A stretch of DNA of 64,000 nucleotides from a virus. Shown here piece after piece: positions 17,619 to 27,588 of the stretch. Below the pieces are notes generated by a model. It was not told where the DNA came from. It did not search any database and saw only the letters and a program-made list of their open reading frames with translations. How positions within the stretch are numbered: position 1 is the stretch's first letter; every line of letters begins with the position of its first letter. The stretch lies in the IMG/VR virus record IMGVR_UViG_3300042691_051382; one strand, given 5' to 3'. The position numbers were made by a program, and so were the translations under genes.

Positions 17619-18245
17619 TTAGTTAACTTTATATTTTGCAACAAAAATACCTTTTTTTGTATCATTTGAGCTAATATAAGAATTTATTACTTGAAATCCT
17701 TTGAATTTATTTTGAATCATCTCATTATAAAGTCTATTTATATCAGGTACACACGCATGATCATGGAAAATAAAAATACAATTATCTTCTGCAAATTGCT
17801 TTGCTAACATCAAATCTTCTACTACACCATTGTAAGAATGGTCGCCATCTATAAAAATAATATCAAACTTTTTGTTTTTATCTTGTAACCATTTTTTAGC
17901 ACTTTCGCTATGACTATTTCCGATAAAACTATAATGTTGACCGGTGTTTTTTAAATTTTTAATATTATTAATATATGAAATTGGTATAGACGGATGTGTG
18001 CCTAAATCGATAGTACAAACATCGTTAATAGAAACAAAATCCATTAATAATCTAGTGAAACCAGCAGCAGCCACACCTATTTCTAAATAATTTTTAAATT
18101 TTAAATCACGCAAGCTGAGAATTAAATTCGTGACTTCATCTGGATCTTGTTGTAAATTATATCCACCTTCAAAATTTCCACCAAAAACAGATACACTATT
18201 CGAACCAACATTCAGAACAATATTTTTAATTTCATTGTAATCCAT
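17619..18245 (-). CDS. Class I SAM methyltransferase (Methyltransf_24-like)
   Basis: YLEIGV, FDIIFIDGDHSY.GV..D, FHD. Confidence 0.85.
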   Translation of the reverse strand: MDYNEIKNIVLNVGSNSVSVFGGNFEGGYNLQQDPDEVTNLILSLRDLKFKNYLEIGVAAAGFTRLLMDFVSINDVCTIDLGTHPSIPISYINNIKNLKNTGQHYSFIGNSHSESAKKWLQDKNKKFDIIFIDGDHSYNGVVEDLMLAKQFAEDNCIFIFHDHACVPDINRLYNEMIQNKFKGFQVINSYISSNDTKKGIFVAKYKVN

Positions 18246-18281
18246 ATTAATCTCTTTTATAGAAAATTGTATAAAATATTA

Positions 18282-18935
18282 TTAAATTTCACCAATATAA
18301 ACCATTTGAAGTTTATCAGAATCGGAAATAAAACAATTTAGTGTTTTGAAACCAGCCATCTCATGACATAATTTTAGCGTGTCTGTAGAAAACACATGAT
18401 GATGTATCACTCGTGTTTCGTTTGTGGATCCTACATCTTTGTAATATGTTGGTCTAGATTCTATCATACACGACGACTCTTCTAAATGAGTCATATCTCT
18501 TTCTGAAGTATTTTTATTAAAATCTTCGATCAAATGTTCTATTGTTGTATACTGTCTAGCTCTGTCCCAACATTCATTTTTATTTGGAACTATTGTAATT
18601 ATGGCACCATTATTTTTTAATGCCGTAGACCAAAACAACAATGCTTTTATGGGATTAGCAAAATGTTCTAATGTATGTGAAGTTATTACACAATCAAATT
18701 TACGTAAAAGTCTATTCTGTATAAAAGGTGTTGCATCTGATGCATCTCCGTCATAAATTTTTGCAGTGTTTGACGGATTTGGTGGAGTATATCCATGATG
18801 ATACGCTGCCATTGAAGATGAATAATTCAAAAAACTAACAGAATTCATTTTAGAATACCAAGAATAAATTAATCCACTTGGTCCACCTATTTCTAAAATA
18901 TTTTTTTGAGCTATCAAGCGATCAATATTTATCAT
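18282..18935 (-). CDS. SAM methyltransferase (type 11-like)
   Basis: ILEIGGPS, FDCVITSHTLEHFANPIKAL. Confidence 0.8.
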   Translation of the reverse strand: MINIDRLIAQKNILEIGGPSGLIYSWYSKMNSVSFLNYSSSMAAYHHGYTPPNPSNTAKIYDGDASDATPFIQNRLLRKFDCVITSHTLEHFANPIKALLFWSTALKNNGAIITIVPNKNECWDRARQYTTIEHLIEDFNKNTSERDMTHLEESSCMIESRPTYYKDVGSTNETRVIHHHVFSTDTLKLCHEMAGFKTLNCFISDSDKLQMVYIGEI

Positions 18936-18937
18936 AA

Positions 18938-19603
18938 TTAATTTTCAGTTTTAAATGTATATTTTTCTCGTGGATACCTGTTCAAATGTCTTTCATAAAC
19001 GTTTATACCACTACTATGTAGACATTTTACCCGAGGAAATCCATACCCAATCCAAAATTCTGCTAAATGTCTTATAGACGGACATTTGTCAATCCAAAAA
19101 TTTGGAGGATCTATTTGTGGAAGACGATTTATATACTGTGAGTTAGCCCACCAAAAATTTCCAGAGAAATGCTTGTTTGGCTCTGTAACCCAATCAACAC
19201 CAACAACATCGTGATCTTTTAAAGACTCTAAACAATCTTGAACTTTCTGTAAAATAAAATAAGACATGTATTGTCTCCATTCTATAATACATGGATTATC
19301 AAATCCATTAAAAACACCTTTTGTGTGAATATAACCAACAGGAACTCCAACACCTACTTGTTTGCAAAAATTTCTTATTTTTTCTAGTGTAAAAAATTCG
19401 CCTTTACTAAAATCATTATGATGATTATCAATATTAAACCATTGTTCATTTGGTTTCGGATCGCCAACTGAGCACACCACAACATCAATTTTGTCTCTGT
19501 ATTGACTTACGTTTAAATCTTCCTCAAATTCTTTCATGATAGAAACATATCTCTCCGAAGCAGTGCCGCAATGAATAAAAAGTGTAGGTTTTGATTTTGT
19601 CAT
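18938..19603 (-). CDS. Putative glycosyltransferase-like protein
   Basis: YIHTKG...WRQYM...HFSGNFWWA...AEFWIG motif typical of viral glycan-cluster proteins. Confidence 0.55.
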   Translation of the reverse strand: MTKSKPTLFIHCGTASERYVSIMKEFEEDLNVSQYRDKIDVVVCSVGDPKPNEQWFNIDNHHNDFSKGEFFTLEKIRNFCKQVGVGVPVGYIHTKGVFNGFDNPCIIEWRQYMSYFILQKVQDCLESLKDHDVVGVDWVTEPNKHFSGNFWWANSQYINRLPQIDPPNFWIDKCPSIRHLAEFWIGYGFPRVKCLHSSGINVYERHLNRYPREKYTFKTEN

Positions 19604-19640
19604 TTTTACTTTTTAATTAGAATTATTTACTATTTTTAAT

Positions 19641-20579
19641 TTAAGCATCAGAAAAAATCTTATTGATTTTTTCAACTAAATTGTTTTCGTAATCCCAGTT
19701 CCTAGACCAATTATACATCGTGTGTAAAATTGGTATACCTGTGTCTACTAACATATTCTTTTTTGTTTCTTTCCAATATCTATTTAAAGGAACTTCTTCA
19801 TATGGATCAACAAATAAATCTTGTCGGGATACTATCGTTTTCCAATCTCTTGTTCGTATTCCAAAAAATGAATTACAAAAATAAGGATAGTCTTTATTTC
19901 TTATAATTTCACCATCTACCACTTGCATGGTTTTTGGAAACCTAGAAAAAATCATATCGTTAATGAATTTTGCCGCAAAAAAATTAATTCGAACTGGATG
20001 TATACCTTTGTAAAAATGTTGAAAATTGTTTACTGCTTGATAAAATTTAGCAGGACTCCAATTGTCTATCATTCCATCATTCCAATTATTCAATAAACTA
20101 TAATCAACTCCTCCACCATTTCCATATTTTGTCATAGCAAAAATATTATCGATTATTTGTTTGGATTCTGGTAAAAAGTTGTTAACAAAGAAATCACAAG
20201 TTGGAACACCATTGCTGATACTACCAGTACAGAACAAATCTTCATCGGTCATAGATTCGATAAGTTTGAAAAATTTATCCCACCCATCTGCAAGCAAAAT
20301 ACAATCTTCATCCATTTTTATGGAAAACTCATGATTTTGGTCGATCCCATAAAATATTTTTCTAATATAGTTGTCGTCTCCTGGAGTAAAACCATCAACA
20401 ACTGTACTATTGTTTGGTAATTCTTTTGCAAATAAATCTTTAACTTCTTGATTTAAGTTATCCCCCAAAACGTAAATATGAAAATTTGTGTATTTACATT
20501 TTGCTAATTGTTTAGCATGAGTGTTCATCAAAGACGTTCGTCTAGTTGTCAAACATATAATTCCAATTTTTGCTTTCAT
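19641..20579 (-). CDS. Putative GT-A fold glycosyltransferase
   Basis: IKMDED (DxD) motif; located in the glycan cluster. Confidence 0.5.
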   Translation of the reverse strand: MKAKIGIICLTTRRTSLMNTHAKQLAKCKYTNFHIYVLGDNLNQEVKDLFAKELPNNSTVVDGFTPGDDNYIRKIFYGIDQNHEFSIKMDEDCILLADGWDKFFKLIESMTDEDLFCTGSISNGVPTCDFFVNNFLPESKQIIDNIFAMTKYGNGGGVDYSLLNNWNDGMIDNWSPAKFYQAVNNFQHFYKGIHPVRINFFAAKFINDMIFSRFPKTMQVVDGEIIRNKDYPYFCNSFFGIRTRDWKTIVSRQDLFVDPYEEVPLNRYWKETKKNMLVDTGIPILHTMYNWSRNWDYENNLVEKINKIFSDA

Positions 20580-20581
20580 TT

Positions 20582-21511
20582 TTAATCCTGTTTTGATATC
20601 CATTCTTCGACTTTAATTTCAGGTTTCCAATTTAATTTAAATTTTGTTTTTGATATGTCTGCCAATGTAACTCGCGCTTCTCCTATTCTTGGCGGGAGAT
20701 AGATGTGCTGTAAATCATGTTTATAATGCTTGGCCATTTTATCAGCAATTTCTACAATAGAGTTGTTGCTGCCTGTGCCGATATTGTAAACTTCTCCGTT
20801 CTGAATTTTATGATCGGTAGCTCCGGCATAAAGAGCACTACACACATCATCAACATGTATAAAATCTCTTTTTTGTAGACCGTCGCCTACAATTGTGAGA
20901 GCTTCTTTATTTTTTATTTGTCTTAAAAATATCCCCATGACTGGAGCATACTGACCCTTTTTAGGTTGTCTGTTGCCATAGATATTGAATCCACGAAAAC
21001 ACACAGTATCCAAATTGTATAATTTTGAATACATTTTGCATAAACTTTCTCCAAACCATTTTGAATATGAGTATGCGTTCAGACAATCGGGTGTGTCAGT
21101 TTCTTTTTGACTATCGCCCTCTAAATTTTCATTTTGAAGTCCATAAATTGCAGATGTGCTCATAAAAACAAATCTGCTTACTTCATATTTTTGAGACAAA
21201 GATAACATTACCTCGGTACCCATAGTATTTGTTTCCAAACACGATGATGGATCTTCGATGCATCTTTGAATTCTGGCTTCTGCGGCTAGATGAAAAACAT
21301 AATCAAAATTATGTCTTTTAAAAACATCAGAGCACATAACGCTGTCAGTTACAGAATACTTATAATATTCAGCTTTATCATTAAAATAAAATTGATCATG
21401 CGAGTCTGCAGAAAGATTATCTATACCTACTACTTGATGACCTTTGTTGATCAAATAATCAACAAGTGTAGAGCCGATAAATCCGCACGAACCAGTTACC
21501 AATATTCTCAT
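20582..21511 (-). CDS. NAD-dependent nucleotide-sugar epimerase
   Basis: VTGSCGFIG, HLAAE, STSAIYG, YSYSK, NIYG, GDGLQKRDFIHV. Confidence 0.9.
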   Translation of the reverse strand: MRILVTGSCGFIGSTLVDYLINKGHQVVGIDNLSADSHDQFYFNDKAEYYKYSVTDSVMCSDVFKRHNFDYVFHLAAEARIQRCIEDPSSCLETNTMGTEVMLSLSQKYEVSRFVFMSTSAIYGLQNENLEGDSQKETDTPDCLNAYSYSKWFGESLCKMYSKLYNLDTVCFRGFNIYGNRQPKKGQYAPVMGIFLRQIKNKEALTIVGDGLQKRDFIHVDDVCSALYAGATDHKIQNGEVYNIGTGSNNSIVEIADKMAKHYKHDLQHIYLPPRIGEARVTLADISKTKFKLNWKPEIKVEEWISKQD

Positions 21512-21542
21512 GATATAGTCTCCGTGCTATTTATTCGATTTG

Positions 21543-22265
21543 TCACTCTTGAATAGGATAATTATTGTTTTTTAAGTGTATTTCTGGGTCAACAAGCGGT
21601 TCTGGTGGATGCGGATGTTCGATAAAATTTTCATTCTTCAAAATTTTAACAACAGAATTTTTATTCATTTTGTAATTCCATTTGGATTGACATCTAGCCG
21701 ACCATTCACAATCTTCGCCATCTCCCCATACTCTATTTTCATCAAGAGGATTTGACAACATAAAAGTCTTTTTTGCGCACCAATAAGAACCACTAATATA
21801 CATTTTGTTGGTCATGCTACTATCATCATATTTTACCCAATCCCAGTCGCCCCACCATTGACGAGGATAACACCAATCTCTAAATCTTCTATTATCAAGA
21901 AGACGAATTTGGTTCATACAGACATCCCAATCACTACCAAATTTTTTAAATCCTTTATACCAACCTTCACATAATGCAAAGTAATCGTGAGATATTACTA
22001 AATTTTCATACATAGAAGCTCGAATTGCAACATGTTTTTTCTTGGTTATCCAACCTTTTTTTACATTTTCATCGAACGGAATGTGGATAATATTTACTTT
22101 ATTTTTTTGATACTTTTTGATTATATGTTCTATTATTCCTGGTTGTTGTCCGACTAATATTATCTGATAATCATCAGTTGTGATTTCTTCTTGGTTTACA
22201 ATAGAGTTTATATACTTTTCAAGATATTGTGTTCTTATAAAAGGAATACAAAAAGACCATTTCAT
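21543..22265 (-). CDS. Putative GT-A fold glycosyltransferase
   Basis: GWITKKK...YENLVISHDY...WGDGEDCEWS. Confidence 0.6.
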   Translation of the reverse strand: MKWSFCIPFIRTQYLEKYINSIVNQEEITTDDYQIILVGQQPGIIEHIIKKYQKNKVNIIHIPFDENVKKGWITKKKHVAIRASMYENLVISHDYFALCEGWYKGFKKFGSDWDVCMNQIRLLDNRRFRDWCYPRQWWGDWDWVKYDDSSMTNKMYISGSYWCAKKTFMLSNPLDENRVWGDGEDCEWSARCQSKWNYKMNKNSVVKILKNENFIEHPHPPEPLVDPEIHLKNNNYPIQE

Positions 22266-23347
22266 AATTCTTTCTCCGAGCGGACTAATGCCGATCCAAC
22301 GACTTGATGCATATCATAATACTTATAGTCAGCCAAGCGTCCTCCGAAAACATAACGATCAGTATCTATTCTGTTTTTGTAAGAAGAAAATAATTCATTA
22401 TTTTTATCATCATTTACCGGGTAAAACTTTTCTTTTGATGCATCCCAAAATTGCGGATATTCTTTTGTAACTACAGTATGATCTTGCTTTCCAAATTCAA
22501 AATGTTTGTGTTCACATATACGTGTATAAGGAACACTTTCTTCGGTATGATTGATTATAGCATTTCCTTGATAATCGTTGGATTGAAGTGTTTCGTGTTC
22601 GAATCTTAAACTGCGCCATTCCAATCTCCCATTATCACAACCAAAAAATTCATCAATAGGACCAGTATAAACAATTTTTTTAGCTTTCTTTTCTAAATTA
22701 TCTCTGTCGTTTAAATAATCAACTCCTGTTTCGTTGTCTATACCTTGGAGAAGTTTTTCAAAAATTTTTGTGTATCCTCCAATCGGTATTCCTTGATATT
22801 TGTCTTCATAGTAATTATCATCAAATGTTAAACGAATAGGAAGACGCTTAATTATAAATGACGGAAGATATTTCGGATCTCTACCCCATTGTTTTTTAGT
22901 ATAACCATATACAAATTTTTGATATATCTCTTCGCCTACTTGCGACAAAATCCACTCTTCAAGATTTTGAGGATTTTCTATTTTAATTTTTACATCATTC
23001 AATTTCTTTTTTGCTTCATCTGGGGTTTTAACACCCCAGAGTTGATATAAAGTGAACAAATTTATGGGAAAGGAATACAATTCTCCTTTGTAATAAACCT
23101 TGGGTCTATTCACGTAGTGATTGAATTTTGACCATTTATTTACATATTCCCAAACTTTATCACTATTAGTGTGGAAAATATGTGGACCATATTCATGTAC
23201 ATTAATACCACCAACATCTCTTGTATAACAATTTCCGCCTATGTGGTTTCTTTTATCAACCACCAAGCATTTTGCTCCTCGATCTGTCATCTGACGAGCA
23301 AACACCGAACCAAACAATCCCGAACCAACTATCAAGTAATCGTACAA
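22262..23347 (-). CDS. glf: UDP-galactopyranose mutase
   Basis: IVGSGLFG, HIGGNCY, HEYGPHIFHT, GYTKKQWG, YQGIP, GGRLADYKYYDMHQ. Confidence 0.96.
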   Translation of the reverse strand: MYDYLIVGSGLFGSVFARQMTDRGAKCLVVDKRNHIGGNCYTRDVGGINVHEYGPHIFHTNSDKVWEYVNKWSKFNHYVNRPKVYYKGELYSFPINLFTLYQLWGVKTPDEAKKKLNDVKIKIENPQNLEEWILSQVGEEIYQKFVYGYTKKQWGRDPKYLPSFIIKRLPIRLTFDDNYYEDKYQGIPIGGYTKIFEKLLQGIDNETGVDYLNDRDNLEKKAKKIVYTGPIDEFFGCDNGRLEWRSLRFEHETLQSNDYQGNAIINHTEESVPYTRICEHKHFEFGKQDHTVVTKEYPQFWDASKEKFYPVNDDKNNELFSSYKNRIDTDRYVFGGRLADYKYYDMHQVVGSALVRSEKEL

Positions 23348-24177
23348 TCGATGCCTCCCAAAAGAAGGATAATACTCTTGTATCTATCGATAGCGTTCGC
23401 ACGTGTTAGGTAATTTTTGCAAAATTCCATAGCATTGTTTGCTATACTTTTACACTGCTCAGGATTAGACTCAGCCCATCTAAATTTTTCAGTAAAATCA
23501 GACAAATCTTCTTTAAGAGGTATATAATGAACAAAAGGTTTCATATCGAAAAACCAGTATTCATTCCAAGAACGCTCTTGAAAGAATAATGGTCTACCGC
23601 TATGAAATAGTAATTTTGTTCTTCCAGAATATCCATTTCCTTGCAAATCCAGCAAGTACTTATAATCGCAATGATCTGGCAGTGATACGTACTTATTCTC
23701 TGGTGTTTTCTTTTCCCCGTTTACTCCTTGCCAATTACCACAATCTATAGCAAGTATTTTTTCTTTGTAAATGCTTTTTTGGCATGCTTCTACAAAAAAT
23801 TTTCTCGACGGATGTGTAGCCGTATTTCCAATCCAGAAAAGTTTTTCATGTTTTACTGGTTGGGTTGATCTTTCAATTATTTCTTTTCTAACCAGTTCAT
23901 AATCATGAATTCCAACTTCTGGCCATGATTGAAATATATGACAAGGTATTGTTCTTATGTTTCTACTTGATGAACAAAAAGAAAAAGGATAATGACTTTT
24001 GTCTCCGACGTAAAAAAAGACATCGAAGTTTCTCATTTTCTTTTTAACTTCGGTTGATATCAAATCAAAAGCCGATTGCGTCAGTTTGATGACACTATCT
24101 CCTCTACTTTCATAACAATTTTCTTGTTGAAAGTGTAACTTTTCGCCATCGAATCGTATTCTTAAAATCTCATTCAT
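23332..24177 (-). CDS. GT90 / CAP10-domain glycosyltransferase
   Basis: KLFWIG, HCDYKYLLDLQGNGYSGR.KLL, PFVHYIPL..DLSD, IANNA.EF. Confidence 0.8.
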   Translation of the reverse strand: MNEILRIRFDGEKLHFQQENCYESRGDSVIKLTQSAFDLISTEVKKKMRNFDVFFYVGDKSHYPFSFCSSSRNIRTIPCHIFQSWPEVGIHDYELVRKEIIERSTQPVKHEKLFWIGNTATHPSRKFFVEACQKSIYKEKILAIDCGNWQGVNGEKKTPENKYVSLPDHCDYKYLLDLQGNGYSGRTKLLFHSGRPLFFQERSWNEYWFFDMKPFVHYIPLKEDLSDFTEKFRWAESNPEQCKSIANNAMEFCKNYLTRANAIDRYKSIILLLGGIDCTIT

Positions 24178-24914
24178 TGTTTATTCCATTCTATGGATTC
24201 GGTCACAAATACCATGTCGCTCCATTTGAAGCCGACCCTAGCTTCCTGTTCGGCTAGAGCTTCCCACGGAGAACCAAATTTTTCATATATTTTACTTTCG
24301 GTTCCACCAAGAGATCTGTAATGACCAAATTCAACGCAATCTACAACACCAATTTTACCCCCAAATATACTGATACCATTTGATGCATAAAACTTTTTAT
24401 TCCATACTCCCTCTAGACCCCATCCAATACCATTTTTAGCAGCTTTAATGTCTAACAATGTTTCTTTCAATAATCTTTTGCTGAAACAAGGCATCATTAT
24501 TTCAACCATGTTAGTAAGATGATATCTAGCACCATTTATTTTGCGTGTTGGCATATAAGTATATGTGCTTGAAACAGATAATCCAGGTTGAGCCAAATCA
24601 AACTGTTGCTCTTCGCAGATGGAAAAAAACTTTTGAATTTCAGAAGGAGTTGTTTCGATATCATCATCCATCATAAAAACATATTCATATTGATCGATGA
24701 CATCTTGGTTGTTTTCGTAAAATTCTGCTATCAATTTGAATTTCATTCCAGCTTTATTTGAACTATACTTAGCCGACAGAGTATTTTTATCATTAAAAAC
24801 AAATCCTTGGCTGTAATTAAGAACACACAGATCAAATCCGTGTTCAAGGTGATTTTGTGACCACTTTTGATGTTCAGACGTTTTTCCTGCAGCAATAATA
24901 ACCAAGTTTTTCAT
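24174..24914 (-). CDS. DUF707-like putative glycosyltransferase
   Basis: YEYVFMMDDDI, LAQPGL, TNMVEIMMPCFS, GWGLE. Confidence 0.75.
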   Translation of the reverse strand: MKNLVIIAAGKTSEHQKWSQNHLEHGFDLCVLNYSQGFVFNDKNTLSAKYSSNKAGMKFKLIAEFYENNQDVIDQYEYVFMMDDDIETTPSEIQKFFSICEEQQFDLAQPGLSVSSTYTYMPTRKINGARYHLTNMVEIMMPCFSKRLLKETLLDIKAAKNGIGWGLEGVWNKKFYASNGISIFGGKIGVVDCVEFGHYRSLGGTESKIYEKFGSPWEALAEQEARVGFKWSDMVFVTESIEWNKQ

Positions 24915-25708
24915 GATGTCGCCTTAAAGTGTTCCAAAATGCAGTTTCTTAAACGATCTGGACCTGCTGGATCGCAATATTTCTTGACATGTTCGTAATT
25001 CTTTTCGATGTACGGAAGCATGTCGTGATATTTTTGTTCGGTCAAAGAATTAACTTTTTCAAACAACTCATCAATATCATTGAAAAGTATAATACCTCTT
25101 TCATCAAAATATTCAGATATGTTAGAACAACCCCAATATATGGGAACAGTTTTGGTTGCAAAACAGTCAAGAATCTTCTCGGTGAAATAGTTTCTTTGAG
25201 ACGTATTTTCTGGACAGATAGAAAACATACTATAAAACAATTCTACTTTTTCATTCAACCCATCTTTTCTATCGGGAATGACTCGATTAATATCAACCGG
25301 TCGCCATTTGCTAGACCAAAACTTTCTTGGAATTTTATATATTCTATTTTGGTTGGACCACAATCGGTGTCTTATTGAATATCCTGGCAAGTAGTTGTTG
25401 GATGTGCATAAAAATGAAACGCTAAATTCTTTTTTATCGGGGACCCACGGATAAACCCAACTACTTCCACCCACAAACAATTTAGCATTCGGAAGCTTGG
25501 ACAACTCTTCGTCTATGGTAAGTATCAAATCAAATTTTTGAGACTTGTCTTTTATGGTTTGCACACTCTCGCACGAGCTTCTTGGTTCCCATGTATCAAC
25601 ATATATTTTAATTTTTGAAGATGATAAATCATTTAAAAATCTATGAGTGTGTATTTCACATTCAAACGGAAGATCGATGTTCAACCAATCGGGTGCTATT
25701 GCTTTCAT
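24911..25708 (-). CDS. GT10 (alpha-1,3-fucosyltransferase-like)
   Basis: FSICPENT...YFTEKILDCF...VPIYWG motif. Confidence 0.8.
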   Translation of the reverse strand: MKAIAPDWLNIDLPFECEIHTHRFLNDLSSSKIKIYVDTWEPRSSCESVQTIKDKSQKFDLILTIDEELSKLPNAKLFVGGSSWVYPWVPDKKEFSVSFLCTSNNYLPGYSIRHRLWSNQNRIYKIPRKFWSSKWRPVDINRVIPDRKDGLNEKVELFYSMFSICPENTSQRNYFTEKILDCFATKTVPIYWGCSNISEYFDERGIILFNDIDELFEKVNSLTEQKYHDMLPYIEKNYEHVKKYCDPAGPDRLRNCILEHFKATS

Positions 25709-26379
25709 ATTGACACTGTATATTTTCTTGCAGTTAAACCCACACTAGCTTGATTTATTAATTCGTATTTTAGAGTAGATAAACCTTCGTTTTTATGGAT
25801 CTTATTTTCTTCTGCCTTTTGTTGATGAAGTCTTTGTATATTTCTACCATATGCTTCGGCAGTTAAAACTTGTTTTTCATGCGACAAGCTTTGATATCTA
25901 TTTGGGCGACGTTCAAATCCAAGATTCTCTTTCATGCATCTATTGTACATATCGTCGTCTTCGCCACCCCATCCCCAATATTCATTACTATAACCATTAA
26001 CTTTCATAAAATCTTCTTTGGAAAACAGTGCTACTCCACCAAACAAAGCTTCATATGGAAGTTGATAGTCAAACTGTGAACAATAAGCCGACATGTGTGT
26101 AGGGCATTTAGGATAAGAATAATCCGCAGTTTCTGGTATCAAATCTATATCATGAAATGCAAAATAATCACACTCATCTTTTGATAAATCATAACCAATA
26201 TTCATTAATTTTGCACGATTAAAAAGTTTATCGTGCTTGTGTTGCTCTACGATATAGATTGCGTGATCTAAATTTTGTTTTTTGAAGAAATGATACATAT
26301 ACGGCACAAATATGCGCATATGATTTTCACGATCTCTATATGGAACAACTATTGCGAGTTTATGATTGTTGCTCGTCAA
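25705..26379 (-). CDS. GT7 (beta-1,4-galactosyltransferase-like)
   Basis: IVVPYRDR, FNRAKLMNIG, FHDIDLIP, FGGV, NGYSNEYWGWGGEDDD. Confidence 0.9.
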   Translation of the reverse strand: MTSNNHKLAIVVPYRDRENHMRIFVPYMYHFFKKQNLDHAIYIVEQHKHDKLFNRAKLMNIGYDLSKDECDYFAFHDIDLIPETADYSYPKCPTHMSAYCSQFDYQLPYEALFGGVALFSKEDFMKVNGYSNEYWGWGGEDDDMYNRCMKENLGFERRPNRYQSLSHEKQVLTAEAYGRNIQRLHQQKAEENKIHKNEGLSTLKYELINQASVGLTARKYTVSI

Positions 26380-26860
26380 TGTTCACCTCATTACCATACA
26401 TAAATTCTTTGGCAACTGCTGCTTCCAATTGCTGCATCACATCATCGGTGTAATATTTTTCTGGGTTTTCGTTAATGTTCTTTTCAAACGCCTTGCTGCC
26501 ATCTGGCATTTCATAGCGCGTGCTGACTTTCTTGAAGATACCATACTTTTCGGCAATCGGCAACAAGCCATAATACTTGTTGAGACCCGTGTCGTAACGC
26601 AACAACACATCCACCATCGTGTTTTCTTTAGTGAATCGACCCTTGTCGAGCTTGCAGTGAATCACATTACCCACCACTTCGTTGTCGATCTTTTCTTTGC
26701 GCTTGCTAAGGAAAAGAACCGTAGATGCGGCATAACGAAGACCAGAATTGTGAGACACTAATCCATTTTCTAATATGTAATGATGGTCGTGTTCTACATT
26801 AATATCGTACACTACATTGGTTGTTTGTTTTTTGATTTTTTTAATTTTCAATGTTTTCAT
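26360..26860 (-). CDS. uvsX: UvsX C-terminal fragment preceded by a 38-aa split intein C-part
   Basis: MKTLKIKKI...VYDINVE..HHYILENGLVSHN|SGLRYAASTV...KGRFTKEN...GLNKYYGLL. Confidence 0.9.
   Translation of the reverse strand: MKTLKIKKIKKQTTNVVYDINVEHDHHYILENGLVSHNSGLRYAASTVLFLSKRKEKIDNEVVGNVIHCKLDKGRFTKENTMVDVLLRYDTGLNKYYGLLPIAEKYGIFKKVSTRYEMPDGSKAFEKNINENPEKYYTDDVMQQLEAAVAKEFMYGNEVNIDEQQS
26747..26860 (-). mobile_element. Split intein IntC (UvsX)
   Basis: Block F (VYDINV) and block G (SHN) followed by Ser+1. Confidence 0.9.
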
Positions 26861-27563
26861 TTTTAATCTCTTTTATATCCTTTATTCCATATTTTGTCCA
26901 AAGATGTTTGAATCTACAATCATTTAATTTAGCACCTAATTCTGCACTTTTTTTTAAATATATCCCAAGATGTCTCTTGTTTTTTAATATGACTTTCTTA
27001 CCATTACAAAACTCCACTGAAATAGGTATACTTCTTGATTTACTAATTTTTTGTTTGGTTTTTTTAGTGTGTTTTTTACCGTAAAAAGGGTTATTTATTC
27101 CTTTGAATTTTCCCTTGTGAGCATTTTTTATTGATTGTTTAGTTTTTTCTGTGTGTTTTTTACCGTAAAAAGGGTTATCTTTTCCAAAACGTCCTTTACC
27201 ATAAAAAGGATTATTTTTTCCGCTAAAATATTTTGACAATCTAATCCGAATATTTTCAAACGAGCGACTTGTATATCTAATTCCTTTTGCTCGATGTGGT
27301 GTTGATTTCATAATATGAAAAGCGTATGCCATTTTTCTTTTTGATTCTAAGTCGCTCACCATTTCTATTAACAGCAAATGACATATGTAGTGTTCTTTTG
27401 CTGTTAAACTCACCTTATTAAATTTACAATTTTTCCCACCTAAAGAAACTGGGATAATATGATGTTGTTCCACATAACAATCAGGGGTTTTTGATCTAGT
27501 TTTCGCACGTTCAATTATAGCCATATACCATTTTTTATATTTATTTTCTATAAAGATATCCAT
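26841..27563 (-). mobile_element. Free-standing HNH-NUMOD3 homing endonuclease between the intein halves
   Basis: EQHHIIPVSLGG...LTAKEHYICHLLL; repeated NNPFYGKKHT NUMOD3 motifs; AT-rich. Confidence 0.88.
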
Positions 27564-27568
27564 GCTAT

Positions 27569-27576
27569 TATTTATA
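27569..27576 (-). promoter_or_regulatory. Late promoter TATAAATA of the homing endonuclease
   Basis: Exact TATAAATA, 5 nt before ATG 27563. Confidence 0.7.
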
Positions 27577-27588
27577 ATTATTCATACT

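Noticed and set aside
27067-27178. 28-bp direct repeat GTGTGTTTTTTACCGTAAAAAGGGTTAT as a possible mini-CRISPR
   Set aside because: Only two copies, and they encode the tandem NPFYGKKHT NUMOD3 motifs of the endonuclease.
26841-27588. Group I intron explanation for the interrupted uvsX
   Set aside because: Only 25 nt of non-coding sequence, and the endonuclease overlaps the IntC start, so there is no room for a ribozyme core; the intein motifs explain the split.
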